A stretch of DNA of 64,000 bases, from positions 2,728,001 to 2,792,000 of the forward strand of contig JBLDXI010000032.1 in NCBI GenBank assembly GCA_047495785.1. The letters run 5' to 3'. The notes under the pieces were generated by a model, which saw nothing but the letters and a program-made list of their open reading frames with translations, searched no databases and had not been told where the DNA came from. This document shows positions 1 through 11,044 of this stretch, one piece after another (the first letter of the stretch is position 1; the number at the start of each line of letters is the position of its first letter). The DNA comes from Lepidodermella squamata. Taxonomy: Eukaryota > Animalia > Gastrotricha. Position numbers and translations under genes: made by a program.

Positions 1-1766
1 GGGTGCGGTAGCGAAATGCGTCTCGATTATAATTGTAAAACATGAAATTCAGAAAAAAATCGGTTTTGTAAGCCTTGCGACGCTATTTTTCGCCTATTTT
101 GTGTCTCGAGGGGTAAAGAGCTCGGAAATAATTTGAAAGTATTAAAAAATCCTCCTGAAAAATGCGCGAGCTCTTTACCTGCGTCTTTTCTTCGCCCTCT
201 TTTTGCGTTTTTGTTGTTGTTGGTGCTGCTGCTGCTCGATTGTTGCTGCTCAATCTGTAGTGTTTGTAAAAATCGACAACAATGAAGCGTACGTGTTAAC
301 TTCTGAATTTCTTCCGACGTCCGAAAACCTTGCAAACAAAACATTATATCACCACCTGATGATACATAGCTGCCCGCCTGCGATTGTGCCGTGATTGTTT
401 TGTTTCCGCTATTTTTGTTTAATCGAGACGATTCATCGACGCCGTTATAAATTGAAACAGGCATGCCTTGATTGAAGCGAGGTTGACGATTGAAGTGTTG
501 GTGCTTGGTTGCAAATGCGACCGCTGTAAAAAACATGTAACCGATAATTTGTGTGAATTGATTGATTATGAAAGTGCCGTTTTGCTGCTTTTGTATCACA
601 GTTTTTTGTCTCGAAACCACCTGCACCCGAAGAACAAAACAACATTGTAATAAATCGTGAAAAATCTTAGTGATCACTTCGGCTCTCGTTCCTGTGTTAA
701 AATGATAATGATGGTAAAACCCAACTACGAGATTCTGTGTGCTGATTGGTTGATTGATTGATTGAAGAATATTTAGCCACCCGAGGCGAAAATCGCTCCA
801 CCTTATAATTAACCTTTATATTTTTATGTAAGAAATCAGCGATCGGCGTGAAGTTTGATTAGCCGGTCCCCTTCTTCACCACCAAGTTTACATTATTACT
901 AGAATATTTCGAGAGAACCATTGAGACCTTTTGTAATCGATGTGTAATATCATCGCATTGATAATTTGGCTACCACTACATGATAATTCGCTGCATGTTT
1001 CTTTTGTTTTGGATTGATTGATTGATTGATTGATATTCGCCTATCTTTTACCGAAGAAATGCTCTTGATTGGTTGTAGCCGCGCTCGCGATAAGCCTTTG
1101 AAACGGCTCGTTTTATTTATTCTTTCTTCATGTGTGTTATATTCATCGAACGCGTTTCCGCTCGTCATGATGAATCTTGAAACCTGAGACGATGAGAGTG
1201 AGAAACTTGAACTTGTACTTGAAAAGAAACAGCTGCAGTCATTCAGAGTGGTATATAAACCTAAAAAATTGATCGTGAATAATAACAATTACATTATTCA
1301 ATGCGTTTTCTTATCTCTAGTTGCATATACACTGACGGCGATGCTACTACTACTACTACAAAATTATTGAAAAATTCGTGAAAAAAGATTCAATTTGTCT
1401 CCTGAACTCACATTTTCGTACATTCGGCATCTCCGAATTCGCGATTCTGATGATGACTTTGAAATAACTTCCCCGTAAAAAAAAATCAAGATTTTTTGTC
1501 AGCTCCTACTACGCCTAATCTTCAATTATGTAGTACGATTCGCTGTACGCGTGTATTTTTTTTACTTCGCAGTGAACAATTGTACGCACCGAGCACACTG
1601 TGGCGACAGAGATAACTCTCGATTTATGAAACAAACATACAAACAAACGTGTCCTTGTATTGCAGTGAACGATGATTTGAACAAAAAAAGAAAGAAAGAA
1701 AGAAACATGTCCGAAAAAACCAAATTAAAGCGTGTCTTTTTGTATGTTATTAGTAATAATATAAAA

Positions 1767-4700
1767 ATGGAAGAAGACACCACTGAAAAGCAGAAGAGGC
1801 GGCGACCTGATTCGGCTCCTATTTCAGCAAAGCTTCGTCAGAAGTAAGTTGCGGGCAACAAATAAATCCGCGAAAAATCGAAAAATTAAGGCTGAGTTTT
1901 CATTTTTGCTCTCTAATTTTAGGTTCAGAGTAATTCGCAGTTTGGAGCCAATTTTTTCCGGAGCAGTTGTCCGTCTTACGCCCGATGGAAGATTCATGCT
2001 GTGCGATTGCGGTGAAAATGGAGTGAAAATTGTTGATACGAATGATTCTGCCGTTGTTGGAATAATTAAACCGGAAGAAGAAATCATAACCTGCTTTTGC
2101 GCTATATCAACCGAAGATACTGTTCCCGAGCCGGAAAACGAGTCAAACCTTCAGCCGTTTTACGTCGTAACCGGCAGTCACAATGGGATGCTGCGTCAAT
2201 GGCGTGTTTTGGTCCGTGAAACTGACGAGAATCTGCTAAAGGCCGATTTAGTGCCAGTCCGACTTTGGAAAGCTCAACCATCCACGCCAGCTGGTCGGTT
2301 GTGTTCTCTCGAAACCGATGATACCAACACCTTGTTAGCATCAGGGTTCACTGACGGAAGTCTCCGTGTTTGGGATTTGAGGAAAAAAGCTTGTACCCAT
2401 ATGTTGAGAGGGCACACGGGTGTTGTTTCCCTAGCCAGGTTTCATTCGACCGATGAAGGTCGCCACTACCTGTTGACATCAGCTATTGGTGATAGTCAAC
2501 TCCGACTATGGGATTTAGACTCATCCTCAACCCCTACTTTCACGCAGCTGAACGGACACTCCTCAGTAGTAACCGCCGCGATTTGGTCCCGAAATGGCAA
2601 TCGATTGATCACAGTCAGCCGGGATCAGTTGATTGTTGTATGGAACGGGAAAACATTTGAAAAACTGAGGTCTTGGCCGTGTTTCGAACAAGTCGAATCG
2701 GTCATGTTGTGCCCATTTATCAAATCGAAATCAAAATCGGGTGACGATGATGCGTTTCAAGTTGTAACGGGAGGATCTCGGGGTGAATTACGGGTGTGGG
2801 ACATCAAGACTGGTAAATGCATTGCTCAATCGACCGCCATATCTGGTAATGAGAACAAGGACCCGAAAACTGATGAGGACTTATCACAGGTGAGTTGATT
2901 GAAAAAATCATTAAGGTGGAATATTTATCATTTTTTATATCCAGACCGTGTCTTTTCTCTCTGCTCAAACAATTGGCTCATCAAGTCGTGTTATTTGCTC
3001 AACAAGTGATCGCCGCCTTGTTTTCTACGACATTGTCGAGGACGAGGCGAATTTTTCGATTGAGGAGCTCAAGCAGATCCCGGGTGATGTCGGCGAAGTT
3101 TTAGATATCAGTCATTTGAAGGTGCTATCGAATGAAACTGCCACGTCAGAAATTGGCCTTTTGGCCGTTGCGACTAACAGCCCTCTGATTCGAATTTACG
3201 ACTGCAGCAACTGGTCTTGCACATTTTTGAGCGGCCATCGGGCTGCTGTAACTTCAGTAGCTAGCTGTTTAAGAGGTGCTACTACATATCTGATCAGCGG
3301 ATCTCGAGATAATGACGTGCTGGTTTGGCGAATTTCCACCTCAGAATCGGGCCAAGTTCAAGGCAAAATTGTAGCGAAGGCGGCCGGCCATACTGGGGCT
3401 GTGTTGACGGTCGCTGCTGTGCCGAATGGCGAATTTTTCGTTTCGGCCGGAGTTGATCTGACGGCTAAATTGTGGCCTCTACCCAACTTCTCGTCTTCAG
3501 ACCCAACGGTCGTTACGCTTCGCAGCTCAGCTACTGTGAAAGCCCACGAGAAGGTATGCTTGTCCTCTAAAAATACTTTTTATTATTATTTACGTCTTAA
3601 AATATTAAGATTAGAATACTGAAGAATTTGAGTAATCTCGGCCTAATCTAATCTGAAATTAATTAAGGAGGAATTTTTAATTAAATGTTTTCGTCGATTT
3701 GTTGAAAATATTGATTAAACAATTCAGATTAAGATGAGTATTATTGAGAAATCTAGATATTGTAACGAGGGGTAAATTTTGGGAAAACCTAATACGTTTT
3801 CCTGGTATGGAAATTAGGTTTTTCTCAAGAAAGCTTTGAAATTTGAGAAAAAGTGTGTTCTTCCAATTATGAGAATTATTATCCTGATTTTGGCAATTTC
3901 CATTGCTTTTTGCAATTAGCGGGTAATTTTCCAACCTATCCGTTGGCCTGAGTTATAAGATTCGCTTTTTCAATTGGGGTCGAGCTTCGTAGAATTTCTC
4001 AAGAATAAATTCATTTATTTTCTGAATTCTGCTTTAGGACATCAATGCGGTGGCATTGTCTCCAAATGGTCGTTTTATGGCGTCTGGTTCGCAAGACAAA
4101 ACCGCCAAGATCTGGCTGATCGAAAGCGACCATTCGGGAGCCGCAGCTCTCCAACTCGTCGGAACCCTGCGAGGCCACCGTCGCGCAATCTGGAGCTTGG
4201 ACTTCTCGCCAATCGACCAAATCTTGGCCTCATCATCCGCAGATGGAACCCTAAAGCTATGGGCCTTGTCAAACCTATCATGCCTACGCACGTTCGAAGG
4301 CCACGAAGTGACGGTGCTGAGGTGTAAATTCATGAATAAAGGCACGCAGCTAGTTTCAGGTGGAGCGGACGGTGTGATCAAAGCCTGGTCAATCTCAACC
4401 GGGGAGAGTGTTGCGACCCTGGAAACGGGTCACGACGACCGGGCGTGGGCTGTTACCCCGCTCTTGGACGGGCAATACCTCGCGACTGGTTCAGCAGATG
4501 ACCGCCTCATTGTTTGGCAGGACTACACGCAAGAATTCGTCGCCGAATGTACGAAACGCGACCACGCTCGTGCCCTGGACGCGCAACGGCTGGACAACCT
4601 ACTAGCCGGGCGGAATTTTGTCGAAGCGTTCAATTTAGCCCTGGAACTAAACCAAACGGCTCGGCTTTGGCGAATTGTTCGCGAGTTGCGAATTTCTTCG

Positions 4701-5090
4701 GCTGATGAAAGCGCCGAGGATGTGGGAAAAACCAGGCGGACTTTGCCGGGTATTGTCGCGAATTTGCAACCAGCTTCGCTAGCCTCGCTTTTGCGCATTG
4801 TCGCGGCGTGGAATACTAACACGCGTTTCGTTCTCGAGGCGCAGTTCATGCTGGCGACGATTTTCAAAGTCCGCCCGATGGACGATTTGTTGGCGGTTGT
4901 TAAGCAGGACTTGCCCGGGTCGGGCCAGCAACTGCTGAGAGATGCCGTTGAGGCGCTGATTTCGTACACGCAGCGCCATTTTGCGCGCGTCGATCGCCTC
5001 GCGACGCAGTCGGCTTTTGTCGACTTTGCGTGGAGCCAGCTTAAACTGCTCGAGGACGTATCGATAACTCAGCAACTTGTTGAAAAATAA
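1767..5090 (+). CDS. TBL3: Transducin beta-like protein 3 / UTP13 (WD40 SSU processome subunit), 4 exons
   Basis: Many WD40 repeats (GHTGVV, LRGHRRAIWSLDFSPIDQILASSSADGTLKLW) plus a Utp13-like C-terminus (WNTNTRF...AQ, YTQRHFARVDRL). ATG 1767; introns at 1844-1922, ~2890-2945 and ~3554-4038 join ORFs 1849-2898, 2948-3622 and 4050-5090. Confidence 0.92.
3721..4028. mobile_element. Degenerate MITE-like inverted-repeat element in the long third TBL3 intron
   Basis: Imperfect inverted repeats AATTCAGATTAAGATGAGTATTATTGAGAAATCTA / TAGAATTTCTCAAGAATAAATTCATTTATTTTCTGAATT; this intron is ~485 nt versus ~50-80 nt elsewhere. Confidence 0.4.
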
Positions 5091-5620
5091 GATTTTAAAA
5101 TGCTTGTTGAGGTGAAATAAATTGTATGAATTATAATAACCAATTCGACTTTCGGAAATTATTGCCAACACGTTATTTTTCACACAGCAATCATGCCAGT
5201 AATAACGTATCCGATTGTCTCACCTCATATGAGCAATAATTATATAACACTTTTACGGAGCTGCTTTATAACGAATCGATGACGCCTATTAATTGTTTGC
5301 TTTCCCTGGCTTGCTTCTACTAATATTTCCAGCCGATCTGAAACGTTCACATTTACATTGCATTTGGCGCAATTTGCGCCAAATATGGAGCAACCGGAAC
5401 GTTAATTTTTATGTTTATTTTATTTGAAAGATTTAACGCCCAAGAAACGCAGCTGGACTCTTTGCAATGTGACAGAACATATACATACCTACTCCTAATC
5501 CCAGAATTATATCAGGCTAAATTTGATGCGAAATTTGCAAAATCTTAATTTTGAAATTTTGAGGTATATTTATTAATAATTTATTGATACTTCACCACAA
5601 TTCATCATTCGCCGATTTCA

Positions 5621-6331
5621 ATGGATAGTAACAACGATGAATCTATTTCCACACCGAATTCAGCGCTATCAGCAGATGAACTGCTAACTCTGTACCGTAA
5701 GCTCGACGATGATAACAAGCGGGACATTTCCAAAAAGATCCAGAACTTGCTCTCCGACCAGGAAAAAGGCTTGAAACGAGCAGAAACACTCATCCAACAA
5801 GCTTTAGAGGCTAAAACTGGCCTGAAATTATCAAGAGCGCCATGGAAATACTCCTATTTGGTTCGAGAACACATGGTGGAGAACAAGAAAATAATTCCTG
5901 AATTTCGCATAGATTTTGGCGAAAAGTTTACGTGTGTTCTCGAAGTGGACGAGAATTTCCATTTCGGCTACGACGAACGACAGGAATTTGTCCGCCCTTT
6001 TGTTTACTTGTTGCGTTTAAACGCTGAAAATCAACAGCGTCCGCGAATGGCATTAGTTCGACTGGGCTTGGGCAACAACAAGTTGACCAAAGAATCAGCC
6101 GACGACGCTCTGACATTTATTTACGAGTATTTGGTACACCAGCAACTCTCCACTGATACGATTTATTTTCTAAATTATCCGGAGTGGAATAAGCAAATAC
6201 AATTTTGGACAAAGACTCTAAAACAGCGAGGTTTGACGCTGACAAAACGATCGGAGCTACAGTTCACTTGGTTCGAGACTGTGCTCGATCATTGGTTTAT
6301 CGATGATCTCAATATAAAAATCGAAGCATGA
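5621..6331 (+). CDS. Intronless Vsr-like/PD-(D/E)xK-fold endonuclease-like protein, paralogue 1
   Basis: 236-aa ORF; motifs KRAE..I..L, IPEFRIDFG, VLEVDENFH.GY....E..R, ALVRLG, IYFLNY; clear paralogue of 7454-8206, which supports coding status. Confidence 0.65.
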   Translation: MDSNNDESISTPNSALSADELLTLYRKLDDDNKRDISKKIQNLLSDQEKGLKRAETLIQQALEAKTGLKLSRAPWKYSYLVREHMVENKKIIPEFRIDFGEKFTCVLEVDENFHFGYDERQEFVRPFVYLLRLNAENQQRPRMALVRLGLGNNKLTKESADDALTFIYEYLVHQQLSTDTIYFLNYPEWNKQIQFWTKTLKQRGLTLTKRSELQFTWFETVLDHWFIDDLNIKIEA

Positions 6332-7453
6332 TTTTACTTTTCCAGTGCTATTATTGATAACTATTGATACTCTGCTTTACATATTTTATTGCCATCATTT
6401 TAGCCAAATATTGCCACCGAATGTGCCTAATTAAAAAAATATGTATATATTCGTTGTAACTAGTTGTTAATATTTAGAATATCGGTGTGAATTGCTTGAG
6501 CTGAGCAACACATCATGTTATTTGGGATTTCGTTTGTTTTCTCGAGTCCCATATATATATCACGCATACCGACATATCACGCATATGTTATCACGCATAA
6601 CATTTTAAAGCAGGTTATCTCTTGTGATTTTTCTTTAATCATTTATTTTTTATTTTATTTTATTTTTTGAACTTAGTCATGTATTTTTCCAAGTCTGAAA
6701 TTTAACACTCACAATAATAATTATCCTTGCATTCCACAGGTGCCGGCAGAAAAATCGTGGTCTACGAATGTTGAGACCAGTCATGAACAAAACGAATGGA
6801 TGTACCTGCCTCGAGTAGCTGTCAGAAAAGATGCCTTGCATAAGGCAAAAAAAATGCGACGTGGAATGATTTTGTTGTCTGCCCTCCGTCTCAAAGACGC
6901 CCACAGCTTATTTACAGGCGCCGGTGTAACATGGTACCTAGTTCCAGCTGAGTGATGGTGTTACATGAAAGCCGATGTTCCGCACGTACAGAAGACTTGT
7001 AAATGGGCTGTCGGTGCAGCGGACAGAGGAAGCAGAATTTCGTACACCAAGCGAGATCAAAAAATTACGCTCAGGAAATTTCTGTACCTCATTGCTTTGT
7101 CGTCGACCGAATTCGGTCTCAGAAAATTAATACGGTTAATATTCATGACATTCGTTTTTTTGAGAGCCCATTCCGCTACCGAATCCGCGTCCGGGCGATG
7201 GCAGATGTAACCAGCAATTTTTTTCATCAACATGGAAAAGTGTAATTTCTTGATTCCACTGTACATCCAGAACTGTACATGACAGTCAATAAAATGCATT
7301 TCAATTTCTGATCCCTACTCATAAGAGCAAGGAAACCTGTTGAATTAGTTGCATCGGGCATCGTAGCACATTTCTTCGTGTTCTAATTTATTGCAACTTT
7401 TTTAAATTATTGATTTTATAGAATTGCTTTTCAAAGCTGAATAGTACTAACAA

Positions 7454-8206
7454 ATGGCTTCCAATAATACTTACACTGAATTACAATTCAAACGAGTCAA
7501 GCAGTCACGTGCTAGAGCATTTTCGCCTGAGGAGGTAGCCGAATCTTATGGACGATTGGACGATGACGATCAGTTTGCCGTGTCTAATAGAATTCGAAAG
7601 CTTCTATCTGATCAAACCAAAGGTTTAAAACGAGCCGAGCTGCAACTGCATAGAGCTCTAGAAAGGCGTCTAGGCCGGAAAGTGCAGAAAAACTCATTTT
7701 GGACCTATTCCTATCTGGTGCAGGAACAGCAAGTTCGTCACAGGCGAATTTTTTCGGAATTCGAACATGTGTTCAGCAACTTTTACTGCGTCCTGGAAAT
7801 CGATGAAAATTACCATGAATCTTACGACGTGCGCCTAGAATTCGCTAGACCTTTTGTATATTTGTTAAGGTGGGAAGCGAATGTAAGAAACCAGCAGAAT
7901 CCAATGCCTATGGCTTTTATTCGGTTCGGCTTAGACACTAACAAATTGACGAAAGAGTCTGCGGATAAAGCGTTGGACTTCGTCTTTGACTGGCTCAAGG
8001 ATAACCCTCCACAGCAAGATACAATTTATTTCGTAGGATATCCATATTACAACCGCCAAATTTGTTATTGGAAATCAGCGTTGGCTGGAAAAAATTCTTG
8101 CCTGGAGGAAAAGATTGTTGAAGCAAACACAGGACAGCAGTTCAGTCTATACCAAGCCGGCCTGGACAAGAGTTTCATAGATGATTTCAATATTCGGCTT
8201 GGATGA
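7454..8206 (+). CDS. Intronless Vsr-like/PD-(D/E)xK-fold endonuclease-like protein, paralogue 2
   Basis: 250-aa ORF; shares LLSDQxKGLKRAE, WxYSYLVxE, CVLE(I/V)DENxH, RPFVYLLR, NKLTKESAD, DTIYF and FIDD with paralogue 1. Confidence 0.65.
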   Translation: MASNNTYTELQFKRVKQSRARAFSPEEVAESYGRLDDDDQFAVSNRIRKLLSDQTKGLKRAELQLHRALERRLGRKVQKNSFWTYSYLVQEQQVRHRRIFSEFEHVFSNFYCVLEIDENYHESYDVRLEFARPFVYLLRWEANVRNQQNPMPMAFIRFGLDTNKLTKESADKALDFVFDWLKDNPPQQDTIYFVGYPYYNRQICYWKSALAGKNSCLEEKIVEANTGQQFSLYQAGLDKSFIDDFNIRLG

Positions 8207-9053
8207 TTCGGATGATTTGGTTATACAATAGCCAGTTCGGATCTTGCCGAACTTGCCATCTATATATGTTATACACGTCTCTGACTTGTAATTGCATCGA
8301 TGTTTTACCATAACTCATTCATGTTTCTGGGTTTCCTATTTATTGTTGTTTGTATCTTACTTCTCTCAGTTACCATTTACCATCAGTACCCTTAACTTTA
8401 AACTTCTCATAATATATTGTACACCTTAAATAAACATACATACAATTAGTTGAAAAAATGTTAGAAAAACCAAGGAAAAACCTCTTGCAAATCCATTAAT
8501 TTATTCACTAATTTATTGTGTCGGCTAATATATTCACGCGTGTTCTGATTTCCTTGATTCTTGCTTCTTCCATGTACCTCCCCTTCTTATAGCTCTTGAT
8601 ATATTGCATGTTGTAATTAGTTGAAAATAAAACAAAAACCATATAAATTCGCCTGTTTAAGCTGAATGGATGAAAACTCAAAGTTGACCAAAATCGAAAT
8701 CTAACTTTGAAAATCAAACTTGGAAATCGAAGATCATGAAATCCTCCTATGAGAACAGCAAAAATTGAAATGTAAGGGTTCGTCGCATGATGAAGATATG
8801 GGATAAGGGCCGAAAGCTGAATGACGGGCCAAGCCACGCTTTATCGCAGTCCGCAGCCCAAAAGTGGTGATCTCGAGGACCTACAGAAAGAAACTTTGGG
8901 GAACATAGTTTGCCCAGGTTTCGCGCGCAAAAATGATGCTGTCATGGAGCAGTACTAACACTGAATGTTTATATTTGATTGTAAACACGACAAGATCATT
9001 TAGTCATTTTTTACTCAAACAAAAATTAATATTAAAAAAATTCAAAGAAATGA

Positions 9054-9749
9054 TCATGCTAGTTTGTTAATGCTCAAATATTGAAGTTTATGGTCATCGT
9101 CAACAAGATCGAGCATAGGCATGACGAGGCCGCCGTTTTCGCGATGATGATGATGATTTCGGTGCTCATCGTCATCCTCGGCGAGTTGCCGTTTACACAG
9201 CTGAATTTGTAAATCAATCAGCTGACAGCGCTTTTTCGACTCGACAAAAAATTGATACCGCAAATCTTCCTCAGAGACCAATTTCCGCTTGACAGGTAGT
9301 TTTTTCATCGGCACCACTGACGGCCGGCTGGTTGCGAAACTCGAGTCGGGCGAGTCGTCTGAGAACGCCGAGTCGACGTGAGGGCTAGCTGATTTTGTGG
9401 GCAGGGTAAGGTCGAGTAATACTTCGGCTTCGTCATTTGAAGCATCGTTCGTATTGTTGTTAGTGTTCATCAGCTCCGATGAGCTGCAACTTCGTTTAAC
9501 TTTGTGATTTTCGTAGCATTTTTTCAACTGCTCCACGGTTCGAAGCGATTGCGGAAATTTTTCGCAGTAGCCCTCCTGCAACGCGAGCCAAAAATCGCGT
9601 TTTTTCGCCGTTATTTCCTTCTTGCTGGACCGCTCTGATAGCAGGTCCTTTTGAGCTAGGCAGTTCTCGAGGACATATCGAATTTGTTCCTTGGTGAAAA
9701 TTTCCGTGGTCTTACTGTGGAGTTTAATGCTGGACGCCTCGACAGCCAT
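9054..9749 (-). CDS. Myb/SANT-like DNA-binding domain protein (MSANTD-type)
   Basis: FTKEQ...L....LL......T...KRDFW......C......RTVEQLKKCYENHK matches the Myb/SANT-like helix pattern; low-complexity middle; C-terminal coiled coil. Confidence 0.8.
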   Translation of the reverse strand: MAVEASSIKLHSKTTEIFTKEQIRYVLENCLAQKDLLSERSSKKEITAKKRDFWLALQEGYCEKFPQSLRTVEQLKKCYENHKVKRSCSSSELMNTNNNTNDASNDEAEVLLDLTLPTKSASPHVDSAFSDDSPDSSFATSRPSVVPMKKLPVKRKLVSEEDLRYQFFVESKKRCQLIDLQIQLCKRQLAEDDDEHRNHHHHRENGGLVMPMLDLVDDDHKLQYLSINKLA

Positions 9750-10485
9750 TACGTTTTAAGTAGTAGCAGCAGCACCTCTTTCAATTCGATGATATGGCGT
9801 AGATTTTTTGTAGGATAAAATGTGTACTATGCTTCGAAAAATGGGGCTTATATTCCGTAGCACGAGTGTGAGGCTTGCCTGCTTGTGTTTTTGTGTATAC
9901 GCCAGCCATTTATTATCGCAAGTCTGGGCTTAGGCTGAGCTGGCTGCTGTTAGGCCGGGCGGCAGCAAAGAACGAGAGACGAGGGAAAAGATAGCGCTGC
10001 TGTTGTTGCTTAAGCGTAGTAGAATACTATTTATCCATACACTAATCCTTGCGATATTTTCCGCCGCTGCTGCCCGACTTGTGCCCTGCATTTGTTATTT
10101 TTACGTTATATTTAAGGATGATGATGAAGCGTTCGTAGAAAATAGGGCCAGAGATTGATAGAGAAATAATGGAGTCTTTCGATTAACCGTGCTAGGTATG
10201 TAAAAATGGAGTGTAGGCTGGTAAATGAAAAAAAAACCAACCATAGGGAGCCGTATTAAACGTACTCGAGTAAGTTTCAGCATTACACTACAGCATATAA
10301 CGGCCAGCAATCTCGATGATAAGTGGCATTTAGCGGCCAATCTTGCACTGAATAAAAGATCGGATTTTTCGGATTTTTTTATAACAATGATTCCGCAGAA
10401 TATAATCCAAGTAAATCAAATGAATTTTTACTCTAAACAACTGTCGTAACGTCGGGTAATTTTGGACAATGCCATGGTTTTCTAG

Positions 10486-10870
10486 GATCAAAAAATCCTC
10501 CTTAATCCGGAAAATTTTGAAATTTCTGAATATCTGTGAATTTTTGCGATTTTTTTCGGAAAATCAGCACATTTAGGACAATTTATGGGTAAATTTAAAC
10601 GCTAAAATTTGCTCATTTGTCGGATTTAGAAAAAATTATCAAAGGATGGCGCGTCATTTTTCGCTTTCTGAAAATTGCTCATTTTCAGAAAGCGAAAAAT
10701 GACGCGCCATCCTTTGATAATTTTTTCTAAATCCGACAAATGAGCAAATTTTAGCGTTTAAATTTACCCATAAATTGTCCTAAATGTGCTGATTTTCCGA
10801 AAAAAATCGCAAAAATTCACAGATATTCAGAAATTTCAAAATTTTCCGGATTAAGGAGGATTTTTTGATC
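10486..10870. repeat. Perfect palindrome (190-bp arms, 5-nt loop), probably the core of a foldback/MITE element spanning ~10452-10970
   Basis: 10486-10675 is the reverse complement of 10681-10870, loop TGCTC. Outer imperfect inverted repeats: CGGGTAATTTTGGACAAT (~10453) / ATTGTCCAAATTATACCCCG (10951-10970). Confidence 0.9.
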
Positions 10871-11044
10871 AAGAAAAATCAAGCATAAAAATCACCTGAA
10901 ATTTTGAATGTCCTGCAAAAACTAATTGTCTGATTTTTCATTTTTTTTAAATTGTCCAAATTATACCCCGCGCTTCGGTATCAATTATTAATAAATTTCC
11001 TAAACCCATTCAAATTCCTATGCAAGAGTTTTTGAGTCTTATCA

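Noticed and set aside
27-1783. ORFs 27-677(-), 203-394, 468-650, 950-1288, 1562-1783
   Set aside because: Low-complexity or microsatellite-derived (GATT, GCT, GTT runs), with no recognisable domain or coherent exon chain; possibly repeat debris.
6557-6600. Three copies of TATCACGCATA
   Set aside because: Too short to assign a function; probably a local micro-duplication.
6740-7299. Coding-looking ORF pieces between the two nuclease-like genes
   Set aside because: Interrupted by stops and frame changes; no family recognised. Could be a decayed gene but cannot be supported.
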